64,000 nucleotides of DNA from the human T2T-CHM13v2.0 reference genome, Homo sapiens, in assembly GCF_009914755.1 (NCBI RefSeq), contig NC_060928.1; one strand, given 5' to 3'. The notes under the pieces were generated by a model. It was given only the letters and a program-made list of their open reading frames with translations, ran no database searches and was not told the DNA's origin. Each line of letters starts with the position of its first letter. Position 1 is the first letter of the stretch. The translations under genes were made by a program, and so were the position numbers. Of this stretch, positions 61,851-64,000 are shown in pieces.

Positions 61851-63895
61851 GCCAGGCTACCTTCTGCCTCTCATTTCTTGGATATTCCATGAAAATTTTC
61901 CATTCACAAAAGCATTTGCTAAAATATTAACAGTACTTATTTGCATTGGAACCACCACAATGCACACAGCTAGGCTGATCCAGGAAAATGTTAGATGTGT
62001 TTCCCCGATTATCATTTTTCACAAAAGGTGATTGATATTATACCTATCTCTTTCCCTGTGATTTCAGGAAGTCTCAAAATCTCAACCAGCCAAGTTAGCT
62101 GATCACTCCTACCCCTGCCTTATAATTCTAAAAAGGTGGATTAAGGTAAAGAATATTTAATTTCCTTAACATTTAATTTTATCCACATCCTTTTACCACT
62201 TGAGGAAAGTATGGTGGCTTGACTGATTTAATGTGTTGCATTAAACAACTATTCTAATGATAATAAGTCTTTTATTATGAATCTAACATTTCTGGCACAG
62301 AATCAGACACAAAGGACTTTTGAGGAACCTTACTATTCAAATGGTCTGAGAGATATTAAAAAAATAATTACAGTACAATGGATTGCATGTGCATATCTAC
62401 AAAGAGATAAGTAAAAAGGAATGGGGAATTGGATGCACTAAATGCTACAGAGGACAGACATTTATGCTAAGAGATCACCAAGCAGAGAAATAATGGAAGT
62501 CATTCCAAGAAAAAGAATAGCATTATTCAGAGACCTCGAGTTGTATAGCACTTGCCCCTAAAATGTATGTCTCAGATCTTTTCCATCTTCTTTACCCAGT
62601 TCATCAGGTACCCAGATAAGTGACTTCACCTGCTGTCCTTTTCAGAGACCAAAGGGCAGGCTTGCTACTTACGCTCAGCTTATGAAACCCTGGCATGAGT
62701 TATTCAGATTTTAAATAAGCTATTCCTACAAAAGGCAGTAAATTCATATTACTTCTTCCATTGTCTTCAATTGCACCATAACATTTTGAATTAGAATCTG
62801 GGAAGGATTTCTAATGAGGCACTGGAAAAATACTTGATAAATATTTGAGAATTTCTTCCTAGTAATATTTTGAGAAAAAATTGTAAAAGTGTTGTTGAAC
62901 CTAAAAACTAGAGCGTGAAAGCGTATGATCTCTTGAGAGTTTATTTATGCATACAGGGGTTATGAGCTTTATGTCAAACTGCCTTTGTTAAAGAAAGCAT
63001 TAGGATAAGGACTCAAACATTTTCAGTTATTCTTGGTCAGACTTTAACATTGTGTCAGCATGCTTTGTTTACTATGAGCATTTACCAATTTTATATGAAT
63101 TAATCACATTTCCATTTGCCATGGATACTCCTGTTCCTTTACCCACAAGTTTAATTACTGCTTCTTTTTTAAGACAATATTTTCTGAAAACAATACCGGT
63201 CTCATTATTTAATGTGGAAACATTTCTTAGTTTTAGCACTTCTACATGTTGATTTGTCATTTTCATGACTTATAAATGCTTAGACTATTACTCTATAACC
63301 ATGGGAAGCTATTTCAAGTGAGGCCAGAAAATGGGAATACATATTCTCAAAAGAAAATAATTCAACAAGATGTTCCATTCATTCTTGCTTTGGACAAAAC
63401 ATTGTTATACCATATGACAAATTAAGAAACACTAAATTACAGTCTTGAAAATACATGTTTATCTATAAAATCTCTGACTTAAGTTCACATTACTTTTTCC
63501 CATAGCACAGATTTTAATGTAGCCTTAATGATATGAAGTGAGGCAGAACTTAGGCATTTAGGTGCTTTATTAAGAAAGCTAAGATTCAGGGAAATATTTT
63601 TAAACAACTTGGAATCTAATCAGTAAAAATATATTAAATTTTGAATCAAAAAATATATTTAAAAATATATTGAATGCAACAGTAGTGGTGCATATTTCTT
63701 AATTGACATATATTTGTTTCATCTAAATTTTCTCCTTTTGACATCCTAAAAGATGTTGGGCATCTATATAAAAAATTCATTCAAAGCCTTATCCTCACTG
63801 TTTTTCAACCTGGTAGTCACTGTGAGCTACCACTTTACTCCATTTCATTAATTCATTTCTTAACTCATGTCCTAGAACTTACCAACTAGGGCTAC

Positions 63896-64000
63896 TGCTA
63901 TGGTTTGAATATGTCCTCCAATGTTCATGTGTGGAAACTTAATTACCATTTTAATGGTATTAAGAAATGGGGGCCTTGAATAGGTGATTAGGTTATGAGG
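63896..64000 (+). mobile_element. MST-type MaLR LTR 5' end (runs off window)
   Basis: TGCTATGGTTTGAATATGTCCTCC...TTCATGTGTGGAAACTTAAT. Confidence 0.8.

Overview
AT-rich, repeat-dense primate genomic DNA, almost certainly human because it carries an AluYb-lineage insertion. It reads as intergenic or deep intronic: I see no protein-coding gene, CpG island, tRNA or rRNA. Most of the window is nested interspersed repeats: L1 of several ages, about 20 Alu/FLAM copies, L2/MIR, two THE1 (MaLR) elements, several solo LTRs, a full-length Hsmar1 mariner relic and small DNA transposons. The supplied ORFs are repeat-derived or look like chance. The most notable structures are: (1) a THE1 element whose interior is replaced by a 27-bp hairpin minisatellite and nested pure-AT palindromes; (2) an L1PA 3' transduction ending at a captured THE1 LTR poly(A) site; (3) a THE1 element whose 5' LTR lost its DUX4-type motif while the 3' LTR has a canonical one; (4) a full-length Hsmar1 with SETMAR-like CpG-decay substitutions; (5) weak evidence for a minus-strand spliced non-coding transcript and a GATA/AP-1/FOXA/nuclear-receptor enhancer cluster. 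I found no convincing new biological system. Repeat family names come from recalled consensus sequences, not a database search, and boundaries of old repeats are approximate.
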